In this document: piece by piece, positions 1 through 13,135 of the stretch
Numbering within the stretch: the stretch's first letter is position 1
How the letters are laid out: each line of letters begins with the position of its first letter
Assembly (NCBI GenBank): GCA_028534125.1
Contig: CM052818.1
Coordinates: forward strand, 39,062,001-39,126,000
Length of the DNA stretch: 64,000 nt
Direction: 5' to 3'
From: Lama glama
Lineage: Eukaryota
Notes under the pieces: model-generated
What the model saw: only the letters and a program-made list of their open reading frames with translations
Told to the model about the DNA's origin: nothing
Database searches by the model: none
Program-made: the position numbers and the translations under genes

Positions 1-39
1 TCTTCGTTCAAATTCTTTTTTGTTCGGCCTTCAGCAGAC

Positions 40-320
40 CACATTGTTCCATTTTCTTTCTTCCTTGCTGGCTATTCCCTCTCAGTCTCTTCCCTGGTTC
101 CTCATCTCTTCAGCCTCTTTATGTGAAATACCCTCAGTCCCTAGGCCCCTTTTTTTTATTTTCTTGGTGGTTTAATCCTTTTTAGTTTATGCTATCCTTA
201 TGTTGACCTCTCAGATTTATAACTCTAGCCTGGACTTCTCTCCTAAATTCTAGACTTGTATATCCTATTGGACATTTATAGTCAGATATCTAATAATCTT
301 CTGAAATTTATCATGTTCTT
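40..320 (+). mobile_element. Degenerate LINE-2 fragment
   Basis: L2-like motifs (ctctcagatttataactctagcctggacttctctcctaaattctagacttgtatatcc). Boundaries approximate. Confidence 0.5.
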
Positions 321-551
321 TCCACGAGGTGAGGGCTTAAAATCTCAACATGGCTGGTCCTTCTAATTCATATCCATTATAATAAAACTGTAATTGTGAA
401 AGAGAATTGCTGCATTTAATTAAAATAACTGCAGGTGAAAGTTTTGGTCTTGGTGGTAAAGATAGAGTTTAAACTTTAAAGTATTTGAGGGTGCCAGTAC
501 ATATTTGCAAATAGTCATCAGATTTTTGAGGCTGAGTCCTTGTTACTAAGA

Positions 552-753
552 CAGCCTTTCTCAGCCTGAGTTCTGGGAGAGAATAAGCCTGTTGCCCTAT
601 GGTGTCCACTGTATAGTTAACTGTTCTCCCATGCATCTAGAGTGGTTCTTGTTAGGAACATCCTTGAGAAAACTGGCAAAATAGTCAGTTTTCTGTTCAA
701 AATGGTCATTTTCTGTTCTGTGGTTCAGATGAGGAATTCCTACTGAGAAAGGC
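552..753. mobile_element. hAT-Charlie non-autonomous DNA transposon (MER112-like)
   Basis: Terminal inverted repeats CAGCCTTTCTCAG ... CTGAGAAAGGC, with an identical 8-bp flank TACTAAGA at 544-551 and 754-761 (hAT-type TSD). Family name is from recognition. Confidence 0.75.
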
Positions 754-1413
754 TACTAAGAGGTAAACGTCACTTCTGCAGTTCTGAATAATGCAAATTG
801 TCACCTGCCTTATGCTCAAGGCTGTTAGAAAACTAATGCCTACATGATTTTATTCAAATTCTAGTTTAAGAACCTTTACAAATTGACTGTTACCTTATAG
901 TTTTAAGATATCTGTTTATATCATGATTTAAGTTTTTAAAGAGATGCTTACAAATGCAAATCTGAGGGAATGTTGGTAATGAGGCACTTGGTTTAGAAAT
1001 TTACTACAATTGCATCATAAATCTTAGTGTTCTTCCTCACTTCCCCAAGTCTTTCTATTCATTCTCCTCCAAGGAGAACTGACTAATTGGTAATAATTTT
1101 CAGCTATCAGCCCTTGATTGCCTGTAGTTTCTGTATCAAGGAATATACCTCATTATTTTGTGGTCTATAAGCAAAAGGCATCTCTGTTAAAATTTACAGA
1201 AAAAAATTTACTTATGCTCTATTGCATTTTCGTATATTTAGTAATACCTTCTCAGATGTGTTTGCTTTTTATATGGTAACTATTTAAGGATATTATATTA
1301 AAAGTTTAAATAGCTGTGTTTTCTGGTTGATTAAAAACACAAATGGGGGGGAATAAATACATGTTTTCTATAGTAAATGTTTTCATTGTGAGCATTATTT
1401 TAATATTATCTAG

Positions 1414-1557
1414 GCTATCAAGTACTAGCTCCAACTGCCTATTATGATCAGACTGGTGCCTTAGTGGTTGGCCCTGGAGCAAGAACTGGCCTCGGAGCTC
1501 CAGTTCGATTAATGGCTCCAACACCTGTTTTAATTAGTTCAGCAGCAGCACAAGCTG
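1414..1557 (+). CDS. PUM2: PUM2 internal coding exon ([48 protein letters not shown])
   Basis: Acceptor ttatctag|GC, donor CTG|gtaagt; 144 nt, phase 1/1, open frame matching PUM2. Confidence 0.95.
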
Positions 1558-1673
1558 GTAAGTATAACTGATGTTTTCAGGGATAATGTTTTTCTGGTGG
1601 TGTTTGAGATATTTTAAAAATAGAAAATGGGTTTCTGGGTAGTTTTAAGAAGTGTCTGAAATTTATTTTACAG

Positions 1674-1961
1674 CAGCGGCAGCAGCAGCTGGAGGAACTG
1701 CAAATAGTCTCACAGGCAGCACAAATGGTCTATTCCGGCCAATTGGCACTCAGCCACCACCGCAGCAGCAGCAGCAGCAGCCAAGCACTAATCTACAGTC
1801 TAATTCATTTTATGGGAGCACTTCTTTGACTAATAGCTCCCAGAGCAGTTCTTTATTTTCTCACGGACCCGGGCAACCTGGAAGTACATCTCTTGGCTTT
1901 GGAAGCAGCAGCTCTTTGGGTGCTGCTATAGGCTCCGCCCTCAGTGGATTCGGTTCATCAG
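1674..1961 (+). CDS. PUM2: PUM2 coding exon, Ala/Gln/Ser-rich ([20 protein letters not shown]...ALSGFGSS)
   Basis: Acceptor ttttacag|cag, donor TCAG|gtaagt; 288 nt; matches ORF 1652..1996; contains (CAG)6 at 1763-1780. Confidence 0.95.
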
Positions 1962-4900
1962 GTAAGTTTCTTTTTAAGATGAGTGTACTCTGCTAAATGG
2001 ACATGAGGTATATGTATTTGGTTTTCATATTAAGATAAGCAATAATAGCTTGTAGTGTAGAAAGGACAGGAATAAGGTGCCGTTTTATTGATTTAATTTT
2101 GTAGAAGAAAACTACCCCCCCTGCAACATTTATGAATGTTTAACTCATTTCAAGCAGCCCTTTACTCAGATATAATAAATTTCCCCCTGGCTTTAAGAAT
2201 TACATTACTGTAATTTGTTTTAGTAAGGTTTGTTTGGGACAGTATATTCTATTTACTAGCGCTTCCTTTTCTCCTGTGTAATATTAATGTCTGAGGAAGT
2301 AAATATTTTGCTATCTTAAGTTAATGGTGTTTTAAAATACCAGTTATCTTTGTGTGCTCATCAGATGATTTATTCTTATTAAATGCTAGTGGTTGTTTAT
2401 AGTCTTTATTTGGTATAATATGTAAAAGTGAAATATAATGGAATGTTCTAAATAGAAGCCCCTAAGAAACTATTAGTATGCTTCTCTTTATTTTAGATTA
2501 AACAGCTTAGCCTTTATCACTAAAAATTCATTTAAAAGACTCCTCCCTCATATCCTAGTTTCATATATAATACTTAAGAAATGCAAATTTTAAATAGCTT
2601 CACAAAATAATTTACCCACAAAAACCAGTTTTGTAGCTGAGGAAGAACTGAATCAGAAGAGGCCCACATTGTCACCCTGTTGACACACATTGTATTACCA
2701 GTCTCAAGTTTCCAGAGTATTCAGGAAACATCTGGGAAAAAACAGCTTACCCTAGTTCTCTTGGTACAATTGACAGCCTTTTCTTTATGAGGGGCGGGGC
2801 CATTTATTCAGACCTCAAGAGGCTTTTTAAAATTTATCTAGCATTTAGAGTCTTAAAACCTACTCCTTTATCTGTTTCCCCACCACATTAAATTATATTC
2901 TTGTCTGGTGTGAAAAATGGCAAAACTAACACATACCAATCTTTATTAACTATATTTGCCAATTTTCTAAGGAAATACCTCCTGAACATTTTTTAATATT
3001 CGTATTTATAAAAGAGATGATCTAAAACAGCTGTAAACTTAGGTTCAGAATGCTTTTTTGTTATCATGAAATATAATAGGGTGATACCATGTTTGTCTAA
3101 CAAAAAATTACCTAAAGAATAGGCACAGGAACTTCTAGTGAACATGGAGACTATTCAGTCTTTCAGTCTTCCTGTTTGAGTTTTTCATTCCTTTTGGAGT
3201 TTAGTATTTTAATCTCCAGCCCAAACACTCCCATAAACTCATTTTTTGTTTCTGACAACTGACAAGCAATTTCCCCATATAATCCTAAATTGCTGAAGAA
3301 AGATAAAAGAACATACAACTTTTTAAAAAAAAAAAAAAGCTTTGTAGAAATAACTAATTTCTAAGTAGTAAATTGTAGGCCCTAAATAATCCAGGAAAAG
3401 TAGAGAAGAGATTTGATAAAATCTTTGTTCCCTTTTCTAATAAAAATGTCACTGACGGTCTGGTATAGATTTGAAGCCTGCCCGCCACACCCCCCCTTTG
3501 CCTTATCCGGTTCTTCCAAATTCACATTTGTCTCTTAGTTGTTGAGACCCTTCCCCCTGCATTCAGGAACTGGTTGGCCATGAGCATTTTGTTCTCTACA
3601 GTCGTCCCCTGCAAAATGCCTCTTTCCCAAAAACTGATCATCTTCATTCCTCTTTTGTTTATAAGCATTGCTTACTCCATTCTGATTTCCAGTCTGGGGT
3701 ACCTCTGTTTTACCTTGCTTCAGAGGACATTAATGATGGCCACTCCTAAAAACAGTAAATAATTTATCATCTCCCTCCTCTTGGACATTTCATGAGAGTT
3801 CATTCAAGTGCTACACTTACGTACTCGTACAAGTCCACCCATTGCAGTTTCATATTACAGCAATTCCATACCTAAATGAAATCTAAAATATAATATGTTT
3901 ATGTGCACACACAAAACATATATAGTCATTCTTTTACCTATATGATGAAATTATTCATGCTTAACAGTGTTAAACACCCCAGCTTATATAATGCAGTTTG
4001 CCAGACATAGTAACATAGCAATTAAATCATCCTATGACCCATTATATAGAATGTTCTGTTACAATTGAAAGTTGGTAATTTAACATTTCATACACAGTTG
4101 ATAAATGATTAGTGACTCCATTGCCTGTCTAGCCTCTTAGATGTTTTAGATATGCTTCATTTTCTATTTCATAGTCATACTGTTGCAGATAATTTAGGCG
4201 TTATAGTATAATTTAAGGAGCCAGCTTGTTTATGTTTAAAGTAAAGCTATTTCTGAGTTACTTGTAAATGTTTGGCTTGGCTTTCCCTTTCTAGAGGAAA
4301 ATGATATTGCATGTGTCAAAACTATGGTTTCTTTGGTTATTTGCCAAAGGGGAATGATAATACTGCTTCTCTCATTGGAGAGCTGTTGTCCTTTTCATTG
4401 CCAGTTAAATTGTTTTCTTAAATAAATAGGAATTTAAAATGTAGCCATGTTTTAGAAAAATCACTTTGACAGTGTCCTTTTAAATTAGCATAGTTAATGT
4501 AGCATACATTGACAATTTTGCCAAAACAAACTTAAGAAGAGTGATTTCTTACTATAGTGCTTATTTTATTTTTTGCTTAAATAATGCATATAGTTACTTA
4601 GTATTTCCCTATAACATGATACCTTAAAAAGTAAAAATTTAATAAAACATGATCAGTTTTTCAGAAACCACACTGACTGATTTAAAAGGTTGAATAGTGT
4701 TTATATAACATTTTGCTTACTTACAGTAGTGTGAACCTGATATTTTTCCTTTATAGAATTTTGGATTTGGTAAAAACCAATGTAATTAAGTCTCTTATCC
4801 ATATTAGAAGCTTAACTTGGTCTACCCATCATGTGCTCTACTTAATTTTTCTCTTTAATCTGTACCCTTATGACCTGTTGATATAACTGACTTGCAATTA

Positions 4901-6110
4901 GAAAACCAAGACCTAATAGAAACTTTAAAATTTATCTTGAAAAGAATTACCATATTGGTCCGAATATAGAGCTTACCCTTAAAAAACTTGAAAAAGTTTA
5001 AGAAATGTAATATGAAATGACCTTAGATGTAAAAAGACTTCAGTTTAAAAAGGCTTAGAAACAATAAAGAGCATACTTGAAAACAGGGGCTTTAAGTGAG
5101 ACTTAATGAATTGGAAGTTTTGAACAGCCCTTTTTAAAATAAATACTTGGTAAAGAATTTGATTACCCAAATATATGTTGATTAACAACCATATCTCGGG
5201 TTGCTCTTATGAGCATGCATCGCTACATGGTAATGTGAATTGACCATTTTTTTATGATTTTGTGGAGTACAAAGGAAAAAGAAGGTACAGTAAGGGATGT
5301 AAGATAATTATATGCCCTATAAGAAAAAAAAACTGATCAGTCTTTACCTGAAGTAAGGGGCTCCTGAGGCCAGTAGTAGAATCTTAGAAATAGGAGATCC
5401 TGAAGGGTAAGTGAATACATATCTGTAGTGTGATAATGGTAATGAGAACCATTAATTTTCTAAGAGGAAGTTTTATGTTTTCATACGTATTTTGTAATTT
5501 AGTTGTTGAAAGATAGGGAGAATTTGTAGTGTGAAAACTACCAAGGAGTAAAAGCTGCCATCTGTATTTCACAACTGACTAATATTCGGGCCAATATGGA
5601 CATAAAGGACTTTGGTTTGAACACAAGCTGGAAGCCAAATCAAATGTGAATGGTGAGGGAAATGTATTAATATTCTATTTATCAGTATAATCTTTTCTTG
5701 GCATTGAGTTGAAGTATAAGAACCTGGTTCCAGAGATTAGGGCAGTAGCAAAATTTAACCTGATTGAAATTTAATCTCTAGCATATCCTAGCAGACAACT
5801 TACAATTTCAGGGTTTATAAATCATACCAGGGTATTAAAGCACAATAATCATATGCGTCAGTGGTAAATATGTGTGAAATAATGAACATATGACTGCTCT
5901 GTTAAGTATTTGGTTACTTTATTGGGGTGCATTTATACCCTTTTATGATTAATAAGTTAGTATATATAGTTATCACAGTAATTATCTTCTTTATAATGTT
6001 TCTAAAAATAATTATTGTGATCACTTCTGTTATTTCCCAGCAAGAGTTGGGGATAGGTTTTATTCAGTTAACACTGTATGTAATTAGGGTTTTTTTTATT
6101 TCTTCTTCAG

Positions 6111-6347
6111 TTGGCAGTTCTGCAAGTAGTAGTGCCACAAGGAGAGAGTCTCTATCTACTAGCTCTGACTTGTACAAAAGATCTAGTAGCAGCCTAGCAC
6201 CCATAGGGCAACCATTTTACAATAGTCTGGGATTTTCCTCCTCTCCAAGTCCAATAGGCATGCCTCTGCCAAGCCAAACTCCAGGACATTCACTTACGCC
6301 ACCGCCATCACTTTCATCACATGGATCCTCATCCAGTTTGCATTTAG
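6111..6347 (+). CDS. PUM2: PUM2 coding exon, Ser-rich 79 aa ([23 protein letters not shown]...SSSLHL), probable cassette exon
   Basis: Acceptor tcttcttcag|TT, donor TTAG|gtaaaa; 237 nt, symmetric phase 1/1; lies within ORF 5927..6394. Confidence 0.95.
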
Positions 6348-9300
6348 GTAAAAAAAAAAACCAAAACCCTTTTTATTTGTATGTATACATGTAAGTGTGT
6401 TTGTGTGTGTGTTTTATAATATGTGTAAAATATTTAATGTTGGATAAAACATGCCAAATTGCTTTTGCTTTTAGATATTAGCCTTTTGAAAAAGTTTTAC
6501 TTTTGTGAAAATTCAAAGTGAGGGTCTAATGTACAAAAAGGTAAAGACCCCTTTGTATCTTATGTTCCTTTTATGAAATACAGTGGTGTGTTTTTTCTTG
6601 TCTGTGCTTTTGATTTGTGTGTTTTAGATCATCTGAAGAGTCAATTATTTATATGTGATAGTGAAGAAAATTTCACAATCAAAAGTTTTTGCACACCAAA
6701 AGAAAAACATTAGTCACTTAGTTATTGAACTTTAAATAATTTAGTTTAGTACAATGGTTTTTGCTTTGGCCATTGAATGCCTGGCCATTTTTCCAAAGGG
6801 TTATGTCAGGATTATATGAATTGAGTATGTTTGTGAGTTAGAGAATCTTATTATGTATGGGTCTGGTCCATTTACTTCTCTTACCTTTGGATATGTTGTT
6901 TAAGAAAAAAGTGTTCTAGGCTTATTGTACCCTCAAAGTTGGAACATTTAGAACTTTGATTTATATCTGTATATTAAAATTACCCCCACCCCAAGATTAT
7001 TGAATTGGTGGTTACCATTTTCCCACTGCAGAAAGTATTTATCCATGTAGTTAACAGTATATTTTAAAGGGTTTTTGGATATCAGAGGCTGTGTATGAAT
7101 CCCTGACTCCAAAGAAAGTATTTTATTAAAATTTAAATTTTCAGTTTTTGTGTTTCTAGTCATTTCCACTAAAATTGAGGGATTCTATTGCTGATTTTTA
7201 TATGCTTGGAAAAATTGAATCAGCTTGTGATTTTAAAAACAGTATTGCTTCTGTAAGCAGGTATATTATAAGTTAGTGATTATGTGTGACCCCCCCCATC
7301 ATAAAGGTATAGCTGTTTATTCCTAAAGCTCAGTAATAATAATGCCCATTTAACAAAGATATCTTTTACAGTGATCATCATTTAGATTTATGTTGTTACA
7401 AAGTGGGCTAGATTTCTTTATTAAAGTCTGGTTCTCCCTCCCCCCCAAAATTCTGGGCCTGTACTCTTTTGGGGATGTTGAATATATACAGCCAATTCAT
7501 TTATTTGGGTGAGGTCCTAAGATCCACTTTGCAGCACTATTTGTATAAACACAACAGTTTCTAGCCTACTACTTTCTTTTATTTATCATCTTAGTCACAG
7601 AAGCTACTCAATTCCTGATTTCTATTATTTCTGTTCAGACCCATTCCTACCACCCCTCTATAAAACATGCCTTTGAGACTTTGAAATAGACACAAAAAAT
7701 TGTAACAGAACAAACCTAAGAGTACACCTTTCATAATAGTTTTGTGTTTTATTTGTTAAGGTTATATTTGTCATGTCCTGTCATTTTTTTCATAGGTAAG
7801 TTTCAGATCAGATTTCTGTCAGCTGTTACTGCTTATGTTGTACTTCATTGCCTCTATAAATGGCATTAATTACTCTGCACAGCTTGCTTAGAAATTGGAT
7901 TAAAAGTGACTTTTTAGATGTCTCTAATTAAACAGCAATCTAGACATTTTTCTTTAGACTATAAAGAATCCAGCATATAGATGCTTATAGAAGGAATTCT
8001 AGTCAGTTACGAGAAGTAATCATCACGTAGATCAGCAGTTCTACATTATATAGCCTGATACTTTGGTACCCATAATTAAATTCCTCAGTTTAGATTCAGC
8101 TTGAAATCTGATATTTTAATACTTCTCTGATTGAAATTATCAGTAAATTTTTTTCTTTTGTGATCCCCATTTCTTTTAGCTTTAGTGGTAGTATGACTGG
8201 GAATGTTAACAAGGAATAGACCCTGTCAAATTGAAAATAATTCAGTAGATTTTATAAATTTCCTCTTTGTGTAGTATTCATGAAAATTACCTCTGCTTCG
8301 CTATCATATAATTGAATTACAATGCAAGACTTACATGCTCTCTGGTCTAAAAAAAATATTTTAAATTGTATATCCTTGCAGAGGATTTCTTCATGAATCA
8401 AGTTATCAGGGCTGCTGATTTATAATACCTATGAAAATGAATTTGTGTAGCCATTTAAAAATAATTTTTCTCAGCTCACTTATTAAGAATATACCATAAA
8501 ATAGAGATAAATTCTCAGTTTTACTAGAATTCATTGGAATTCATTAGTTCCAGGTTATTTTCTTACGAGATTTTTAGGACAAGTAACCATTATAGTTATT
8601 GATCAGTCTGGATATCTGCATTCTTAAAATACTGGGTGAAACAGATAGTTTTGTGTTTTGTTTTTTTTTTAAACCACCTCAGCCTTTGGTCATGCTTGCT
8701 GCTTGATTCACAGAAAAAATTAATAACAACATTGTGTGCTTCTGGCTTTCCAGCAAAGATGTTTCATTTTATTAAATAGTCATCTTTAAAAAAACAATTA
8801 CGGCTACAATATCATTATCATAACTTTCAAATTTTATAATTTCTCAGTACTGGAATTTCCCTAATTGACTTAAATGTCATTTTTACAGTTGTGTTTGAAT
8901 CAGGGCCCAAATAAGGTCCATCATTTGTTAGACATATTTTTAATATGGAACCATTTCCCATCCTCTTCCCCACCCCTTTCCATTTATTTGTTGAAGAAAT
9001 TTTGCCCTGTTGAATATCCCATATTCCTGACTTTCCTGATTGCTTCCCTATGGTGGTATTTAAAATGCTTCTCTATTTGCTGAATTTCCTATAAAATGGA
9101 TTTAAATTTAGGGGTTTGATCTGGTTGTTTGCTTTTTTATTTTTGGTAGGATATGGTTCTATATTTCTGTTGCACTATATCAGAAAACATGTGTCTGGTT
9201 ATTTCCATTGTGAGGTTGTCAGCCAGATCCACCTAACAGCTTAGCAGCCTTCAGTCACCACCTAAATAATTCTTCAGAAATTGCAGAATGGTGATGCTCT

Positions 9301-11800
9301 AATTCTGTCATTCCTTCTGCATTTATTAGCTGGAATATTTCTGTGAAAAAGAACTTTGATCAATTGTGAGATTACCCTGAGATATGTAGTTCCTATTGGA
9401 GTCAGGATAATGCTTGATTTCTTTTCTTTTCTTTTCTAACTTTGTGAGTTGATTAATGCCCCAGCATCTTCTAAAGGTGACTCGTGGAGTTTTTTGTTTT
9501 TGTTTTTAAATCTTCATTGTTACCTGTAAATTGATGGATTTTTTTTAAAAGTGGTGCTTAAAATACTGATCAGAGTAACAAGTGGAAAAGAATAAGGAAA
9601 GAGAATGACTTTATTAGTGGTTTTTATATTGAAATGGAAACAGCTATATGTCAAATTCTGGGCTTCAGGTTCAGCATTGATTATTAAGTGAATTTTTTTC
9701 TCATGTTATTGATTTATAGAGATGGGGGAAAAATCTTCTACCTGTAGTTGTAAGATGTTTTTTGTTTGTTTGTTTTTATGATTCTCTGTGCTAGAAGTCA
9801 GTGTCTTATTTTGAGATACGTCACTCCCTGTGTGAAAGAATATTAAGTATGTTTAGGATTATTTTATTCATCTACCTGGAACTGTCTAACTAGTTCTTTC
9901 CTTCCTTGTTTCATTTCTTTCTCTTCTTTGAGTAAACTTAAAATATGTTAGTGACTTCTTATTTACTCTAATCTTTACGCTTATGGTAATTAGATTGATA
10001 CAGAACTTCTTAGGTATAAAGCAGTATTTTGCATTTTTATTAAACTAATAGTTTGACAGACTAATGGCTTCTTCCCTTGTACCTCTTCATTTTTGAATTG
10101 GCTTTACTTTTTCTTAAAGAGGTGCTGAAAAGTCTAATGTAAGCTTTGAACTCAGTGGATTTAGTTGATTCATAGGTGACCCAGTTTTGAAGAGTCATTA
10201 ATATCATGTATTCAGCAATCAATAGCACTTTAATTTGCAGTAGATTAAAAAATTTTATAACCTATCCTCTCTCCTAATTGTAGAAAATGTTACATGCAAT
10301 GTAGACAGGGTAATACTCACTTTTAGGATTATTTTTCCTGTTTAATAGCTATAGCTGTTGAAATTGCTGACCTTTGGCAGATTTGGTCATGTGCTTCTCT
10401 TAGAATGAAATGTTTAAAAATTAAAACAAGCATGGCCAAAATGGTTGTAAGGCTATGTGCAATTTTTCTGAGTCTCTATATGGTCCTTAAAGCAGAAAAC
10501 AATATAAATTATTTTGAGATTTTCATTGAAAATGTCATTATCTTTTAAGTAGTAAGTTCCCTATAATTGAGTAGCATTTGATAGTATTTTATAGCACCTT
10601 CATATTCATTATTTCATTTCATCCTAGTTGCTAACATAGACTGGCGGTGATATGCTCATTAAAGGTGAGAAGAATAAAGGTCACATGAGCCCAGGAGGCT
10701 TGCCCAAACCAGACAGAACTGAGGCTAGAGCACTGTTCTCACTCCTGATACTATCCTTGCCTTTTCTGTTAATGCTAGTCTGTAATGAACTGAACAGTTT
10801 TATGAAGTATATCAGTAACAATGTTCTAATCGGCCTTTCAGAAACTAACTCACACTGGTATAGGTTATGTGTTTTTTTAAATGTGTGTATGAGATTACTA
10901 GACTTCTAGATTCCTTTCCTTCTCAATTGTGAGATTTATAGAAAGGCTGTTATCTAGACGTTTTTAAAGTCCACATATATTATCTACTCTATGAAGTAAG
11001 AATATGTATTACTCATAAGGCAGGTAAGAACAGCATTCAGATCTCAACACAGTAATTAGCAGGTTTGCATGGTATAAATGAAAGCACTGCTTCAACCCTT
11101 TAGTGTGTCTAAAGTCATTTATTTGTTGATGAGTTTGAAATATGTTGTGACGAAATTCTAAAATGATTACTTATGGAAGAATTATTTATATTTCATTTCT
11201 GTATAGAAATTTATTAGTCTTCATTCTGATTTGGGGTCACGATGATTAATTTTTTGCCCTTATGTTTTATTCATTATCCTTTAATAACGTCATCTGTGAC
11301 TTTGTGGTTCTAATGACTGAGAATGTTTTCACCAGTTAATTCAGTTACGATAATCTCAGATTTAAGACTAGAAAATACTTGATGATTCGATTCAGTGGTT
11401 CAGCAAGTTAGAGTTACTTGGAGTGGTTGTTTAAGATACCTAGAATGAGGAGGTGAATAATTTGGAAATGTATGACAACAGTTTGTTTGTCACAAAGATT
11501 GTGGGGATTCTGTTGACTTTAAGTACCCAGCAGCCAGATGATAAACTTTTCATAGTAAAAAACGAATTATCCCACTGAAAATTTCTAGTGGCGCTCGGAT
11601 GGAGAGACACCTTGAAACAATTCATACTTTACATATGGTGTTACTCCAGTTCACACTAATTTTTAACTCATAATTCCTGGATCCCTAGTATGTTATATGA
11701 GCCTTTCATCTGTCCCCCATCATCTCCCTAATACATTTTTTACTTCCTACCTCCTTTCCTTCCATTGACCTGAAGTTTGCTTTAAAATATCGCATATTTC

Positions 11801-11867
11801 AGCTCAAGTGGTAGAACGCATGCTTAGCATACACTAGGTCATGGGTTCAATCCCCAGTACCTCCATC
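11801..11867 (+). mobile_element. 5'-truncated tRNA(Ala)-derived SINE (camelid Vic-type)
   Basis: AGCTCAAGTGGTAGAACGCATGCTTAGCAT...GGTTCAATCCCCAGTACCTCCA retains A-box and B-box remnants and an AGC anticodon, but lacks the 5' acceptor strand. Degenerate 17-bp TSD. Confidence 0.75.
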
Positions 11868-12236
11868 AAAATACTGTGTCTTTTAAATTTTTGAAAAAAA
11901 TCTTAAGGGATGAGAGAAAATAGAAAAGCCTGGTCTCTTATTGTATATGTTTCTAAATGCCTTTTCCCCTTGATATGTATTTTGCAAATTGGCTCCCGCC
12001 TTTCCTCCCTCCTATCCACTGTCCCTCCCTCCGTCCCTTCCCCCCTTTTTGGAGTCTTTTATGTCTTTAATTTTGCTGACTATAATTCAGTATATCATTA
12101 TTTACCATCATTTCTTTGTTTTCCTTTCTATTCATTGGCCTACCTTTCCTTTACATTTGCATTTCATCTCCTCACCCAGTTATTTCTGCCTTTTCCTTCT
12201 TACTGATAGCAGATAAGTCTTCATGTGCCTTAAAAA

Positions 12237-12412
12237 TTATTTTATTTTTTTAATTGAAGTATAATCAGTTATAGTGTGTCAGTTTCTGGTGTACAGCGTA
12301 ATGTCCCAGTCATGCATATATATACATATATTCATTTTCATATTCTTTTTCATTAACGATTATTGCAATATATTGAACATAATTCCCTGTGCTATACAGC
12401 AGAAATTTTTTA
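12237..12412 (-). mobile_element. Short L1 3'-end fragment (artiodactyl-type)
   Basis: Poly-T then aattgaagtataatcagttatagtgtgtcagtttctggtgtacagc...aattccctgtgctatacag, a typical antisense L1 3' UTR. Confidence 0.75.
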
Positions 12413-12619
12413 TCTAAAAAATAACTCTTAGAATGTAGGCAGATGTGCTTCACGAGAGATCTATGCTTTATGAGAGATCCAAATAACCTTTAAAAATGAA
12501 AGCAGCATGGGTCTCATGGGTGACATTGAAAACTGAATTATATAGTATATGTTGAGAATATTTTTGCATGACACTGTTTCCTTAACCAGGAATCAGTCTG
12601 TGGGAAGAAGGGCTGTATG

Positions 12620-13135
12620 TAAACTATAAAGCACGGACCAAAGTTAAAGAAGGCAAATAAATGAAAGTAAGTACATGTCATGTTTGTGGTTTGAAAGACT
12701 GAATATTATAAAGATACCAGCTGTCTTCTAATTGTTGTATAGACTTATTACACTCTCAGTAAGAACTTTTCAAACTTAAAGAAATTGACAAGCCGATTTA
12801 TTTAATGGAAATGGAAAAATAGAGCCAAGAACAGTTGAGACAATCTTGAAAAACAAAATTAGAGAACTTAATAACTTTGCCAGATGTCAAACTTACTGTA
12901 AAACTACCATAACTAAAATTGTGATATTAGCACAGGAATAGAGAAATAGATTGGTAGAATATAGGATCCAGAAATAGACCTGCTCCTTTGATTACCTGAT
13001 TTGTGGCCATGGTGCCACTCTGGTATATTTGGAAAGGATGGTCTTTTCAGAACTAAGTTGGGCTGGAGCAATTAAATTTCCAAGTGGGGAGAAATGAACT
13101 TTGACTCCTCTTTCATACTACACACACATACACAA
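12620..13135 (+). mobile_element. Old L1M ORF2 fragment
   Basis: Decayed ORF2 motifs (gaaagactgaatattataaagat, gaaattgacaagc, acaatcttgaaaaa, gatccagaaatagacc). Confidence 0.7.

Noticed and set aside
11801..11867. Functional tRNA-Ala gene
   Set aside because: The 5' acceptor strand is missing, stems are mismatched and TSD-like flanks are present, so it is a SINE copy.
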